From Camelus dromedarius (Eukaryota), in contig NC_087437.1 of the NCBI RefSeq assembly GCF_036321535.1, forward strand, positions 12,092,001 through 12,156,000: DNA of 64,000 bases. The letters run 5' to 3'. The first letter of the stretch is position 1; each line of letters begins with the position of its first letter. Position numbers and translations under genes: made by a program. The notes under the pieces were generated by a model, which made no database searches, was not told the DNA's origin, and saw only the letters and a program-made list of their open reading frames with translations. Positions 1 through 13,291 of the stretch are shown here, one piece after another.

Positions 1-70
1 ATGTTAGTTGCTCTATAAATGATAGTTGCAACTTTTATAATTATTAATACTGTTATTACTAAAATGAATA

Positions 71-187
71 TTTATTTGAAAATTGGTTAAGCAACTACTA
101 CATGCCAGGCTTTGTTTTTGGTATCAGGGATGCCACAGAAGAGAAATCAGACAAAATCCTTGCCTTCATGGAGCTTACGTTCTAGTG
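71..187 (-). mobile_element. LINE-2 3' fragment
   Basis: Resembles the reverse complement of the L2 3' end: ...ctactacatgccaggc...cagacaaaatccttgccttcatggagcttacgttctagtg. Confidence 0.7.
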
Positions 188-1310
188 AATAATTATGGAA
201 TTAAATTCTATTAGATAATTTAATGAAATGGAAGTTTGTGCATACTACACTGAGATGTACAAAGAGAATGTGCACAATTCTTCTATCATTTGATTCATCT
301 TATGTCCCTTCACCCTACAGGATGGAGGAAAGGAAGGATTTAAATACTTAATTTGGTTCTAGTCAGCAATTATGTATTTGTCCAATGCAATAGTTTAAAG
401 TTAGAGGGTTTTTGTGGGGGAGGAGGTAACTTAAACTGAACTTTTTAATGTAATAATGTTCAGAGGTCTTGTATTTTCGTCCTATTGATCCTACATTTTC
501 TGAGATGCTATCTGACTCTCTGGAGAGCAGTTTGGCTAGCGTGACCTTAAGACACGGGAGCGGTAGGGAATCTTGGCTGTGCCTTCAGTGTCCTCGTGCT
601 GTTTTCAGCCCTGGCCGGCATCTGTTGCAGTGGGTCTCGTGTCTGCCTGGTCACTGCATGCCCTGCTGGCGTGTGTGGCCAGATGACATCTGCAGCTGGT
701 GGGCTGGGTGGCCCGGGCTCTCTCTCAGCTTGGTCAGTGCCCAGCTGCTCTTTCTGCTGACTTGGCTCCAGCTCTGCTCTCCCCGGTTTTATAGCCTCCT
801 AGAGATGAGCTGGGACTCTGCCTCATCTGCACAGAGCCTCTTTGTCCTCCTGATGGTCTCCCCTTCCAGCCTAATTCTTATCCAGAATCTTGGCCAATCT
901 GTACACCCACTCTCAGGCTCCCTTCCAAACCACAGAGGAACCAAGTCTGGTCAGGAAAGCCAAGTGCAGGTTCTCCTTCTGCCTGCCCACCCTGAGCTGC
1001 TTGTTAGCTTTGGGGCCATCATTGTCCAGGTGGAGTTGGGATGGGATGGTCTGTGGCCCCATCACCTTCCACAGTCCCTGATCTTCTGGGTCCCTCTATC
1101 CTTGGCTTTCCTTTCTGTTCGTGTAATACTTCCTCTTTTGGGCAAAAAGAATGGACAAAAGATTAGAGCACAAAATGTCTTACCCTCAACCCTTTTCTCC
1201 TCTTCCTGTAGTTCCCTGGAGTTGTAGTAGTTGTTGCTGTGGTTTTAAAACTCTCTTTCTCTACCCAGCCCCAGCTTCTCCTCTGTCAGTGGCTATTAAT
1301 AACAGTTACA

Positions 1311-1950
1311 CCATCCTGGGGATGGGAGGAGTTAGATATGTGTTGGGGTACTTTGTGGTTGGGGTGTCATAATGTTTGGGGGACTCTATGAGCATTTAGT
1401 CCTGGGATGCTGAACATCCTTCAAATCATGAGAGTCCTATCCAACAGTGTATATATTTGACCTTCAAATGACCTTCCAGAGACTGTCATAAGAAGCCTGT
1501 TTAAAATTATCTGAGCCTACATTGTAACTCTTGTTTACCCATAAACACACACACACACATTAAGAATCTATGTTGAATTGTCCAAGAATGTAACAACCAA
1601 ACAAATTGAAAGAATTTTACTTTGTAAACTTGCACACTTACGTGGACAGTAATGCCACTCCTGTCATTTCAGCTGCCAAAAAACACACAGGTGCTAGTCA
1701 GGATTTGCAGCTGTCACGTTCCTGATGACATTGCATGTCAGTGTACACATCTGCCAGCCTCGTTATCTTCTAGTGGAACTGGACCTGACCGCTTCCATAT
1801 GAAAATATGTATTGCACCTTTGTCGTTTCCTTTCCTTTTGTTTAGCTTTTCTCTTACTGTTAGAAAACTATTACTGATTTTTTTTTAAATTATGTTTGTA
1901 CATAAGTTATGTTTTCTATGAACTTCACTTTAGGGTATTTTATAAATGTT
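1311..1950. mobile_element. hAT-Charlie non-autonomous DNA transposon, MER20B-like
   Basis: Motifs gggatgctgaacatcctt, cctgtttaaaattatctgagccta and atttgcagctgtcac...catattgaaa occur in the order recalled for MER20B. Confidence 0.55.
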
Positions 1951-2149
1951 AGTAAAAAAAAAAATTGTACCTTCAGTCTTTCCCTCTTCTCCATGACCTC
2001 AGCCTCATGGCTAAATCATAATGTGTGGAAGAAAGTGATTATTATCTTTATAAAATATGGGCATGGGGGGCAGTCTTCACCTAAGTCTTAACATAAGATG
2101 AACATGATATATAACTCAAAACAGGATAAAAGCAATCCCCCCCCCAAAA

Positions 2150-2560
2150 GATATGTACAAATAGACAATGCAATAAAATAAACCAAATAAAAAGTCATTT
2201 GCAATTCATTTCTACTTAGTTTTCATTTTTCATGATTCTTGCTAAGTCCAATTTAGGCTGTGATGGAATTGTTCTGCTGCTACTGTTAGTATCATTATAG
2301 ATTAATAAAATTATTTGGCAAAGCAATTTGGCTGTAAAATCCAGAGTCATTACAGTGTGCATTCCTATTGATCTGGTAGTTCTTTCCTGAAAATTTAAGC
2401 TAAGCCAAGCAAAAGGGAAGAAATAAACCAAACAAATGAAGGTGTTCATTGCAGTGTAAAAGTAACCGAGATAGCAAAGAACAGGTCGAAAAGTTAATAA
2501 ATCTAGAGCAAAGACAACATAGAAACAAGCATAAAACAATTATATATACTATAGAAATAT
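2150..2560 (+). mobile_element. Old L1 (L1M/L1ME-type) fragment
   Basis: A-rich; gcaaagcaatttggc and atgaaggtgttcattgcagtgt resemble the L1M ORF2 end/3'UTR. Highly decayed. Confidence 0.4.
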
Positions 2561-2569
2561 GTTTGTGAC

Positions 2570-2680
2570 CATTCACTCATTTGTTCATTCATTCATTCAG
2601 CCAATACTTATTTAGTACGTACTAGTGAGAAGCGTTGTATTAGGTGCCAGGAATATTACAAGGAAAAGACAGGAGAAAGA
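2570..2680 (-). mobile_element. LINE-2 3' fragment
   Basis: (ttca)n tail followed by tatttagtacgtactagtg...taggtgccaggaatattacaagg. Confidence 0.6.
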
Positions 2681-5600
2681 AAAGAAAAGAATATATGTGG
2701 GAGGGTGGGGTTTCTTAAAATTCCTGTAACATATTTGGTTCACGGAGCATAACCTGTAACCTGCTCTAACCTTCTCTCTTCTCTAACCACCTGGGCAATC
2801 CATGTCTCCCCTCTCAGGCTGCATTCTCACCTGTGAAGTGGGGATTTTGACTTTCAGAATTCGCAGGGGTCATCTCGTTCACTGAGTCCGCAAATGCCTT
2901 GACTATATACCTGATTCTTTCTTCTCCATCACATTGTAAATGATTATATCCAGTTCCACACCAAGACCACCAGTGTGGAAAAGGGCAAAGTTTTTTTTTC
3001 CCCCCGAATATTGGCAGTTAATACATCTTTCACTTGCTCACATTCTAACTTAGTAGAGACCATAGATTCTTGCATGTTGTAGCAAATCATCAGAACTTGC
3101 CTTCCTCACCATGGAATTTAATGGGGCATTGAGATTGCCTGTGAACATCTTGAAGACTTAAAAGCCCAACCTGGACTACCCTGTTTCCATCACAGCCCTG
3201 ACATTTTCACTTGTGGTTATTTTTGATGAGAGTATTTCCCAACTGAACAGTATTGCATTTGGGTTAAGCTAAGGAGACAGTTTATGTGACTTCTCTGTTA
3301 AATCTGGAGGGGATTAACAAATAAATAAACAACAAACCTTTAGTCCAAAAGCTTAGTTAATGGGTGACTTTACCCAGAGCAATTTTATCTTACAAATTTT
3401 CCTTATGCGAAAAATGTAAACAAGGATCCTGATTCAAAAAACTACAAAATGCATCTCAAGTGTCCTTTGGTTTGACCCTCTAGATTGGCAAATTCTCAAG
3501 AGTTAACGGCCTTTTTGAGAAGGGGGAGATTTGGGCCTTTTGTTTTCAGAAATTTTGTGCAGTTTTTTTTTTTTCCCCATTTTACAAGCCATGCCTTTCC
3601 CAGAGCAGTTCCACCCTTTTGTACTTCCCACAGTAGCTACAACAGCTGTGTTAATTAAATAGATATGTCACAGCACTAAGGCCAGTGCCGGCTGCCACAC
3701 TGGCAGTCGGGAGCCTCCACTCATGGCAGTTTGCTGCTGCAGACACAGCCACACGGCCCCAGAAAGGACAGGACGGATGCATAGAGAAAAATCATCAACA
3801 AAGGACAGAGACTTAGCGCTCATCTCTTCTGTATTAAATATACCATAAAATATTTATGGGATTAAATATGAGCACACTCTTCTCCCCAGCCTTGGAATAT
3901 TCGAATATAATTCTAAGAACCATGGGTAAGATCACCTGTAGTGATGACAAGCTGATCTGAAGTGCTGAACTGTAAATTGCTTGATTCTGAACACTGTGCA
4001 GTACAGTTCACTGACTCAGGAAGTACTTACTGAAAGTCTGGGTGCTCCTGGCCCTGTGTTGGGGCTGGAAATGCAAAGGTGACTGAGGGAAAACTTTAAA
4101 ATCATACAGAACGTATTCAATTCTAATAAATATTCCCAGTGTTGTTAAAAATGCCAAATATATTGTGTGCTTGTGTAATTAGCCAGTATAATCCTATGTC
4201 CAACTTCTGCCTCCTCTACTTCAAGAGAAAATATTTGTCATATTGCTAAAGATCAAAGATCTAGAATATAAAAATTATTTTAGGAACTATTAAAAAAAAA
4301 TCCCAGTTCTGCAGTTAATTCTTGCCAGAGTTTTACTTTTTTTCCCCAAATTAGTCTTGGCTGTTTGTTGATTACTTTGGGATTAACGTCCACATGGTTT
4401 TTGTGGTTTTAGTTAAAGAAATATTAATAGTAGCTAATGTTGTGTCACTGCAATTGAATTTGTCCTCTCTGGATTCTGCTTGCATAATGCTATTTTTTGT
4501 TCTAATTGATTCATAAAGATCATTAAACAAGAGAATAAAAACAATTTGTAGTTAATTTCTGGAAGATTGCAGCGTGTGTGTTTTATGGTTCAAATAACAG
4601 ATGTTATTTCAGAGAGGCTAAGCAGGACTGTAATTTCACTGGAAATCGGTGTGGTGATTTCACACGGCATCCCTCTCCTGGTATCTTTGCATAGCTGTGC
4701 CCTGAACTTCTGCCCCTCTGCCGAAAGAGTGGAAAAGCAAACCTCAACACTTTTTACCTCTCTGTGGGGACTTTTGTGCTTGAGCCTGGCTGAAGAAACC
4801 AAAAGTAACCTATCAAAACCTCATGACTCAAGAACGTTCAGAATTCAACTGCCGTCATCTTTCTGTTTTCAGATCTCTGATCCTCATTCAGAAAAATGCA
4901 GGTTTGAAAACAAAATGTCTCTCTCCCCAGAAAATGCAAAGATAACCACCCAACTTTTAGTGCGATCATTCTTACCAGACTTCAGGAAGTTGCTTGACTA
5001 AATCTTTGGGCAATGAGTGGAATATATATTCACGACACAAAATTCAGGAGGACTTATTTAAAAAAAATAAATAATCTTAGCAATCTGCTCTTTTTTCTGT
5101 GGTGCTGCAACCCATATCACAAAAGCTGTCTCACATCTGTTCCGTTAGTTCCCCTCCCTCATTTTTTTATTAAAATATTTCAAGGTAAAGCCTCACCCCA
5201 ACTAAAGCATTTGGAAGGGTGAACAGGATGGAAGTCTTACAGTCAAGTTATTTGGTGGCTCTGAAAAGGAGACGAACAAAGAAGAAAAGCATTCAGAAGA
5301 AGAAACGTTGCAGCGTGGAAAATAATGATGCAGAGGGAATCCGTATCTTAAATACACACTGCAGGGGGTCAGAGGAAGGAGGTACTACTAGCTTGCGTTG
5401 GGGGTCACGTAAGAAATATGTTCCATTTTTAAGACAAAAGAATTATATCCCTCCTGAGGGAATGTATGGCACAGCTAAAGTCCAGGTTTGAGAAAAATAT
5501 ATGAAGAGATTATTTAGGTCTGATGGAAAATGAGAAAGAATTTTCAAATTTGACTTCACGCACTTTTAAATGGGTTAAGTTGAAAGGAAGGTAATAGATT

Positions 5601-6040
5601 TGAGTTTTAGCCACACTGCTCTCTTCCAGTCCCCATTCTGATATCTCCTGCCCCCAAATCACATATAGACCCAAAGGTCTCAAAACACACACATATGTGG
5701 GCACACATACACACACACACACAAAAACAAAACAAAATACAAGTAACAACAAAAAATACAGCCCTGACTTCTCACCTTTTAACATTAAAAACTTTTGCCC
5801 CGTTTCCCCCCATTTATTACCCTTAGTTGTCATTGGAACATTTTATAGTAAATATAAGAGATTGTGTCTCTATTTTGGAATTAACTTGATTGAGATGCTA
5901 GATGTGATTGTTCTACAGGAAACCTTTAAGCAAGACGTTTCGAATGTGATACTGATTTCTGGATCACTCATTTCATGGTATTGTTCATAGTTACCATGTA
6001 TTATCTGTTTGCAGCTGTATTTTAAGACTGTGATTAACAC

Positions 6041-6510
6041 TGGTACCCAACGCAAGTTCGGGAGTCTGACCCACAGTGAAAATTAACAAACCCAGATGTC
6101 AGAGTTTGGGGCAGAGAAAGGTTTATTGAAGGGCAGAGCAAAGAGAAGGAGTGACTTGTGCCCCAAAACCCCTAGAACTCAAAGGATTTCAGCAAAGCAT
6201 TTTAACGGCAAGGTAAGGGAGGAGAGTCCCAGGCTATGTGATTAGCTTGTTCACAATTCTCTGGTTGGTTGATGTTGACATTACAGGGCGGTCAACACTA
6301 TCAATCCTTAGGTGCCAGAAGGACTGAGGGTTATGTGCTCATGATCATCAGGTAGTTAATTTCTTCCATTTAGTAGTGATTATAGCATCTGCAAAACTCA
6401 GGAAATATGCATCAGATACTATTATCCGGGCACTTCAGAGAGGAGCTAATGCAGAGGATATGGGGGAGGGTCTGTTTCGTGAAGGTCCCATGGGGTTCTG
6501 CTCAGTTACA
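6041..6510 (-). mobile_element. ERV (probably ERV1) solo LTR
   Basis: TG...CA termini; the minus strand starts TGTAACTGAGCAGAACCC; minus-strand AATAAA at 6122-6127, about 80 nt from the LTR 3' end. No clean TSD found. Confidence 0.7.
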
Positions 6511-6952
6511 GTTGGAGTCTACTGGTTAACCGTTTGGGAGGATTGAATTTACTCAGTCATCCTCTGAGCGCAGGAGGTGTGAGTAGGTGTGGACGTTGAG
6601 GCCCTGAAGCGGATTTCTCTCTTAACATCAAGGTTAAAAAAAAAAAAAAGCAAGGTTGCTGGGCTTTCATCTTTCTGTTTATCATGTTTTTTAAACTACA
6701 AAATATTTCAAATGTACTAGAAAATGTCTGTTGGAATTTTCCAGTATGAGATCAGAGAAGGATCTGACTTGCTATCTATATGCAAACAGAAGCCAAGCTT
6801 AAATACATACATGGGACTTTTCTGCCCCCTATATCTGGCTCCATTTCATCTGTTTGTCTAGCTTTGTATCAGTACTACCTTATCCTAGTTATTATTGACC
6901 TCACACTGCATCTTGTTCCTTGTTCAGTTTAGGGCCACTTCACTATTAACTC

Positions 6953-7000
6953 TTTTTTTTAAAAAATGAAATACAGTTGATTTACAATATTGTGTTAGCG
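6953..7000 (-). mobile_element. Extremely 5'-truncated L1 3' tip with TSD
   Basis: T-tract plus tgaaatacagttgatttacaatattgtgttag, flanked by ACTTCACTATTAACTC (6937-6952) and ACTTCAATAGTAACTC (7001-7016). Confidence 0.75.
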
Positions 7001-7459
7001 ACTTCAATAGTAACTCTGACTCAAAGTGTTCTCACTTTTTCTTGATACTTAACTCTTCTATATGAATTTCAAAATAACTTGAGAAGCTGATAGAATTTTG
7101 GTTGGGAACCACATTGAATTATGGACCAATTTAAGATAAACTGACACCTTTAAATATCAAAAACATCCATCTATAACATAGTATGTCTTTCTATTTATTT
7201 TGGGTATTTTTTTATGTCGTTCAAATTTTAAAATTTGCTTTGTAGAGATCTTGAGTATTTTGTTAGACTGATTCCTACATACGTCACGGCTCTTGATGTT
7301 ACTGTGAATAAGGTCATTTTAAGTCACATTTTCTAAATTCCTACTGGATAGGAGTGCCATTGTTTGGATATGGGTCTTGTAATCGCAGCCTTGCTGAAAT
7401 ATCTTATTTCCAACAGTCAGTCTGCAAAATTTCTTAAATTTCTAAATTGGCAATTATAT

Positions 7460-7628
7460 TGTTATGGATTAAATGTTTGTGTCCTCCCCAAATTTTTATG
7501 TTGAAATCCTGACCCTCAATGTGAGGTTATTAGAAAGTGGGGCCTTTGGAAGCCAATTAGGTCATGATGGATGGATCCCTTATGAATGGGATTAGTTCTC
7601 TTATAGAGACCCAGAGAGTTCCTTGCTG
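7460..7628 (+). mobile_element. MaLR LTR 5' part (MLT1A-like)
   Basis: tgttatggattaaatgtttgtgtcctccca...atgttgaaatcctgaccctcaatgtg...ggggcctttgg...atgaatgggattag. Confidence 0.8.
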
Positions 7629-10600
7629 ACTTTTGTTCCAATTTTTCTGTTAATTTCTGCTTATGTCTTTATTTCTTTTCATTTACTTTCTTTGGTTTAT
7701 TCTGTTATTTTCCCCCATAAATTCTGAGTGGAAAAACAACCTCACTGACTTTTTACTGTTTCTCATGTCTATTATATACACTTAAAGCTGTAAATTGCCT
7801 CTGGATAATCTGTGAATTATTACATATAGTATTTTCATTCTTACTCAAGTGAAGTTTCTAGTATGATGCATTGTTTGGATGATAAAATTTAACTGTATCT
7901 TAAAATGTTTAAACATGAGGATTTTTCTTTTGCTCTTTTTAAATTTATTTCCAATGATACTGCATTTCTAATTTAATTAAATTGAGTGCTAAACTTATTA
8001 AGACTGTATACTCTTCATATATGAGTATTTGTGGGAACTTATCTTGTGGCCTATTCAGCATAAATTTTTCAAATATTCTGTGTACACGTGTAAAATGTAG
8101 ATTTTTCTAAGTATCAGGTATGATGTTCTGCATACACATGACGACTAACTTTTAAAGTCAGTTGTTGAACTTCCCTTATTCTCATTTTGAATTTATACTA
8201 ATAAATACATAGAAGTTGTAAATTATTTTAACCTTATCAATGAATGATTTCTTTTATTGTTATGTAATAATCTTTTTATCATTAATTTTTTTAACCTCAC
8301 AGTGCATTTTGTCCAGCATCAGTAGTTACCTAAATATTCTTTCTGTTTTCATGCACCCTTTAATTCTAGAAGTTTTGCTTTCTTTTTAAAGTGGTATGTT
8401 CTTTTTTCTTAGTTACTTGGTCTTTGAAAGTGGTTTTCAATCCTCATTTTCAGCCTTTGAAGAATTACAAACTTTCTTATAGATGCTCACAGGTTATTTT
8501 AGCTTGTTGGGTACTTAGTCTCCCTTTGGTTGCCCTGAGTTAACTCTTTCTCAAAAGAGTTCATTTCCTTTTGACTTTTTTTTTTTTTTTGGAGTCCTGT
8601 ACACTCTGGGGTGCTACGAATGTGAGTTATGGAGAAGTTCTGAAGTTTATGTTGTTGACATGCCATCTTACACCACAACCCCCACGTGCCTGTGGCACAA
8701 TTATGGTGTTGGTGTTTTTCATGGAAGATTTGTTTGTCACCACTGAGACCCTTGACGAAAAGTAACCTTCCTTGCTGCATTTAAAAAGTGGAGTTTTATA
8801 GTACTCCTTTTTGTGTTTAGAACAGCCAGTTGAAGGCCTGGGCTGTAAGGGGCCTTAGGCCGCATGTCTGTGCTTTGCCTTTTATCCTAAGGAGCCAGAT
8901 TAAGTCCCAAACCCACTGTGTTTCTGCAGTCTTCTGGGGCCGACCACTCTATGTCTACACTCCTTCTTTTCTGTCTTTTAGTCAGTTTCTCTTTTTATAC
9001 TTCTTGGAAACCCAACTAGTTAATCTTGTTTACATCCTAACACTCTTTACCAAAATCCAGATTCCTGCAGATATTGCCCTGATGTTTCGAAAAACTTGTT
9101 TGGCATCAATTCCATACCAGAGTCTCGAAAAGCGATATTTACACGTATCTACCACATGCTGGATATCCGGCTAGGTGCTTCGACGTGTCTGATGCTCTTG
9201 TATTCTGGAGGTCACCTGGGCAGGTTCTCTTTACCCTCCGAATGAGAGACTTGGATTCAAAGAGGTTAAACAACCTGTGCGTGACTCCAGGGCCCTAACT
9301 ATCCCAGATAGAGTGGGATCTTGGTCAGATGAACTGCCCGACATTCTCCTACCTAACAAATTTCTTTACATTTTCTTTTTCTGTTTTATTGATAAGTAAA
9401 TAGCCTCTAATTTGATTTAGAAAGGCACAGTATATTAGGGATATGAGTCTGCTTGTGTACTTGCCGAATGTCATCCCATGATGTCCAATTAGAGATATCT
9501 TGCATTGCTGTATAACTTGTAGTATCTGGCCAGCCATGCTGTACAAATTTACTTTATGTCACGTGCATAAATGTCTCCTAAAGCCTTTTCTGCCCCGTAC
9601 TTTTGTATAAAAGTCATCTGTTCCCACAAGGCATCAGATTCTGCTAGTGTGCGCATCAAGTTTGAGGAGAATTCTTCAAGTGACTTTTGGGACATCACTG
9701 AAGGCAGCTTCTCACTGCTGATAGCCCGCATCCCATGAACATTGTGCTATGAGGCAGACCCAGTCAAGGAAGCAAAGCCTACAGATGTGTACTTTTGTTC
9801 CTGTCTGCTTAAGCTTGTTTAAAGTCAGTAGTTGATAACATCAAAGGGTCAGACACAGGCAGAGAAGAAACATGGGTGTTTCTTGGATTGTCATTTGCAA
9901 ATTAAGGAGCAAGCGGAAAATAACAAGATTGCTAATACTCAAGACTCTTTTGGTTGTATGAACTCACAGTACCACTCAGACTCACTTAGGCACACGGGAT
10001 GCTCTCAGCATCTACTTAAGCTCTGTCAGACGTAGACTGGGCTTTGGTTGTGGCAGTATGCCTCTCTCTCACCCCATCTCTTGCCTCTGTTGTGTGAATT
10101 TTAATTCCAGGCATTCTCCTCTGAAATAGCAAAGGTGGCTCTAGAGAGCTCCAGGATTATTTCCTGTTTATAGCCTTTGCTGCAAGAAAAAGAGAGGGAG
10201 GCAGAGGGAGACAGACCCTTTTCCCCCCTCAACAGCCACATTAATCCAAGAAAATATTTTGACTAGCTCTGCTCTGCTTGAATCTTGAACTCACTCCTGA
10301 GATCTGTGACTAGGGGAAAGGGGCTACACTGGCTAGTCAGGGTCATGCACCCAGTTCAGTGGCAATGGAGATCAGGCTTCAAACAGCAGAATGACAGATG
10401 GGCAATTTATACAAGGAAAAAGGTGTTATATTTCCAGAAGAGAGGCAGGATGCTGAGAAGTCAAAACAACAGATGTCAACCACAAAATTTCTACTTTCAC
10501 ATGGGTGCAATGACTTAGGGATCCTGGTAGTTTCATAAATTTAAAGTACTGGTGTTTTGCTTATTTCTAGAATGTAAATTTTAGACTGGCCCCATCTAAT

Positions 10601-10934
10601 CTCAATACAGAATAATACAATTATTTTATAGATCTCACAAATTCAGGGGAGAAGAAGAGTCAGGTACAACAACACCATGGTCACTATCCAGATATCTTTA
10701 CGTACACAACGAATTATGGGCCATGAGTATTTTGGCTCATTTCTTACTTATTTAAAGAGAGAAATCCTCTTTTTTTCAGTTTCTTTTTATCCAGCTTAGC
10801 TTTTTTTCCCTAATGGAACGCCTAAGTTCTCTCTTGACCTGCAAGTCTGATTTTTAAAACCAAATTTACCCTGGCTTTAAAAAAAAATCGTTTTTGTTTT
10901 TCAACTGGTGAATGTAATTTATTCTATATCCCTG

Positions 10935-11235
10935 GATAAAGGATTGTTATTCAAAATTTAAAAAGAAAACTTAAAACTTAACAATAAGAAAATGAACAAC
11001 TCAACTAAAGACCTTTAATAGGCATTTTGCCAAAGAAGATGCACAGATGGCAAATAAGCCAATGAAAAACTGCTGCCCATCCTGTGTCATTAGGGAATGC
11101 AAATTACAATATCGAGATACCACTACACCCTTAACTAGAATGCTGAAAATCCAAAACAGTAACAATGCTAGATACTGGTGAGGATGTGGGACACCGAGAA
11201 CTCTCATCATTGCTCGTGGGAATGCAAAGTTCTAG
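10935..11235 (+). mobile_element. L1M ORF2 C-terminal fragment
   Basis: ccaaagaagatgcacagatggcaaataagc...tcattagggaatgcaaatt...agataccactacaccc...ctggtgaggatgtgg. Confidence 0.8.
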
Positions 11236-11298
11236 TCTCAAAATGCTACAGTTTGTACCACTTTATAAAAATATACCAAGGCTATAGATTTTTATATA

Positions 11299-11537
11299 CA
11301 GTTAACCATTGAACAACTCAGGATTGAAATGCATGGGTCCACTTATACACAGATTTTTTTTTTCAACTGTAAATGCGACAGTGTTACATGGTCTCTAGTT
11401 GGTTGAACTCGTGGCTTTGGAACCATGGGCACCAAGGAAACTTGAACAGGGAAGGTCACAACTGTACAGTATATGCAAACTTTCCACAGAGGGGAGGGTT
11501 GGCACCCTTAACCCCTGCACTGTTCAAGGGTCAACTG
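11299..11537. mobile_element. Tigger2a-like (TcMar-Tigger) MITE
   Basis: Terminal inverted repeats cagttaaccattgaaca / tgttcaagggtcaactg; TA on the left flank; internal gggtccacttatacacagatttt. Confidence 0.85.
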
Positions 11538-12207
11538 TTTATGTATTTGTTTATCAAAAATATTTAGGAAAATTAAAATTTTTCAGCAGGGAGAATTATT
11601 TCAGTTACATGTAGTTTTCACCTAGAAGTTGATAGACTTGATTTTGAAATGAGTAGAATTTGGTAGAGCGCCCCCCCTTCACAAAACAAGGTCTTGAGCC
11701 ATTCATTTATAAAATGGGTGTTTGCAGTTTCTAACTTTTCAGTAACATTGCTATTCAATGCTCTGTCTAATGTTTGAAGTTTGTGAGAATGGGGAGGGGA
11801 GAAGGGGAAAGGGGGCACATTAATCATCGAAAGCAGATGACAGGTTTTCTACTAACACTGCTGAAAAGAAACAAATAAAGGCAAGTCTGAAAATGTTTCT
11901 CACCGAAACATGTAGTGCAAAACCAGCTGTGGTTTTTACTGTTAAAGAAAAACTCTGGCCACGCAGTAGATCTTTTCAGCAGTGGCCACGTTCCAAGAGT
12001 GTGAAGGCATTGCACCTTGTACTCTCATTTGTTCAGAGGAACAAATATCTCTCATAAAAAGTTTTGATAGGTCCTCAAACCACCCAGCAGAAGAGTAATG
12101 TGGATGTGTTGGCCTTTATTCTCAACTGTCCCCTCTCCCTCAGGTGGAAAAGAAATGAGGGGTAGGAGAGATCTCTTGCACCCATTGATGGTGACCTCGG
12201 TGATTGA

Positions 12208-12351
12208 GGGTGAAGTGGGGAGGGTCCAGCTCAGTGGTACAGCAGGTGCATAGCATGCACGAGGTCCTGGGTTCAACCCCCAGTACCTCCATTAAATAAA
12301 TAAATAAACTAATTACCTCCCTCCACCCACCAAAAAAACCCACCAATAAAA
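12208..12351 (+). mobile_element. Camelid tRNA-derived SINE (vic-1-like)
   Basis: A-box-like agctcagtgg, B-box ggttcaaccc, (taaa)n tail; TSD GTGATTGA at 12200-12207 and 12352-12359. Confidence 0.85.
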
Positions 12352-13291
12352 GTGATTGAAAGCTGGCCTGACGTCTTCATAATTAAGCATAAAGATCAGC
12401 TATTAGGCTCAGTCCTGAATTATGTAGATACCAACTCATTCGTTTCAGTGATGGGAAAAGAAGTCAGTTCAGAATGTGTGACCTGAGAGACATGGATAAA
12501 TACTGCTCCATCTCACCTGGTGGTAAATGTAACTAATTTGAACAGTTTTTTTTTTTTTTTCTTTTCTATCTCAAATTCTCTTCTTAGCTGTATGTAGCTC
12601 TTTTGATCGTGGAAATGTGTTCATTGCATCCTGTGATTACCATCCATATGGAGATTCACGGGACAGTGTGTTTAGGGAGGGAATTTTGATTTAACCTCAG
12701 GCTCATGGCCTTCACTCAGCAGTTACTGGACGCCCTCTCTGGGCAGTAATTGTGGCAGGGTGGGGTAATTTGCATCTCACTGTGAAACAGGACCTTGTCC
12801 TCATGAAATGTTTACATACTGTCCTCCGCCCTGCCCCCCGCCCTATGCTTACAGTAATACCTGACACAAAGGAGGTTTTCATTAAGGAAGGAAGGAATCA
12901 ACTAAAGACGGTCACGCAACCACAACGGGCGCTGCTCAGGCCAGGATGCTGTGTGGAATGTCAGTCACTAGGTCTAGGGTCTAGTGCATCCACCTTTTTA
13001 TTTTTAGGTTAAAAATTAACTGTATTTTTTAGACTATAAAGCTTACCATAGAAAACAGAATCTTTTTTAAAATATAAAAAAGCTGAAAGTCACTTAATAT
13101 GTTGGCATATTTCCTGTCAGCTTTTTCTATGCTACATATATGTTTACAAAGGTAGGTAAATATAAATATGTACCTGTGTGCACATAAAAATTATGAATGC
13201 ATGTTTAATATACACACATTAGACACAAAATTGTACTGTGTGTAATATATAGATAAACAGAGTGAGAGTGTGTATTCTGCATTTTTGGTTT

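Larger units (their letters stand above)
6720..8450 (-). mobile_element. Old L1M fragments (interrupted)
   Basis: T-rich sequence with L1 ORF2 antisense motifs (gaattttggttgggaaccacattgaattat, tttgttagactgattcctacat, aagctgtaaattgcctctg). Confidence 0.55.

Noticed and set aside
469..1227. Longest ORF (252 aa)
   Set aside because: It has a TTG start, a Leu/Ser/Trp-rich composition from pyrimidine-rich DNA, no recognisable domain and no exon structure; the ORF caller's alternative starts are not meaningful in mammalian DNA.
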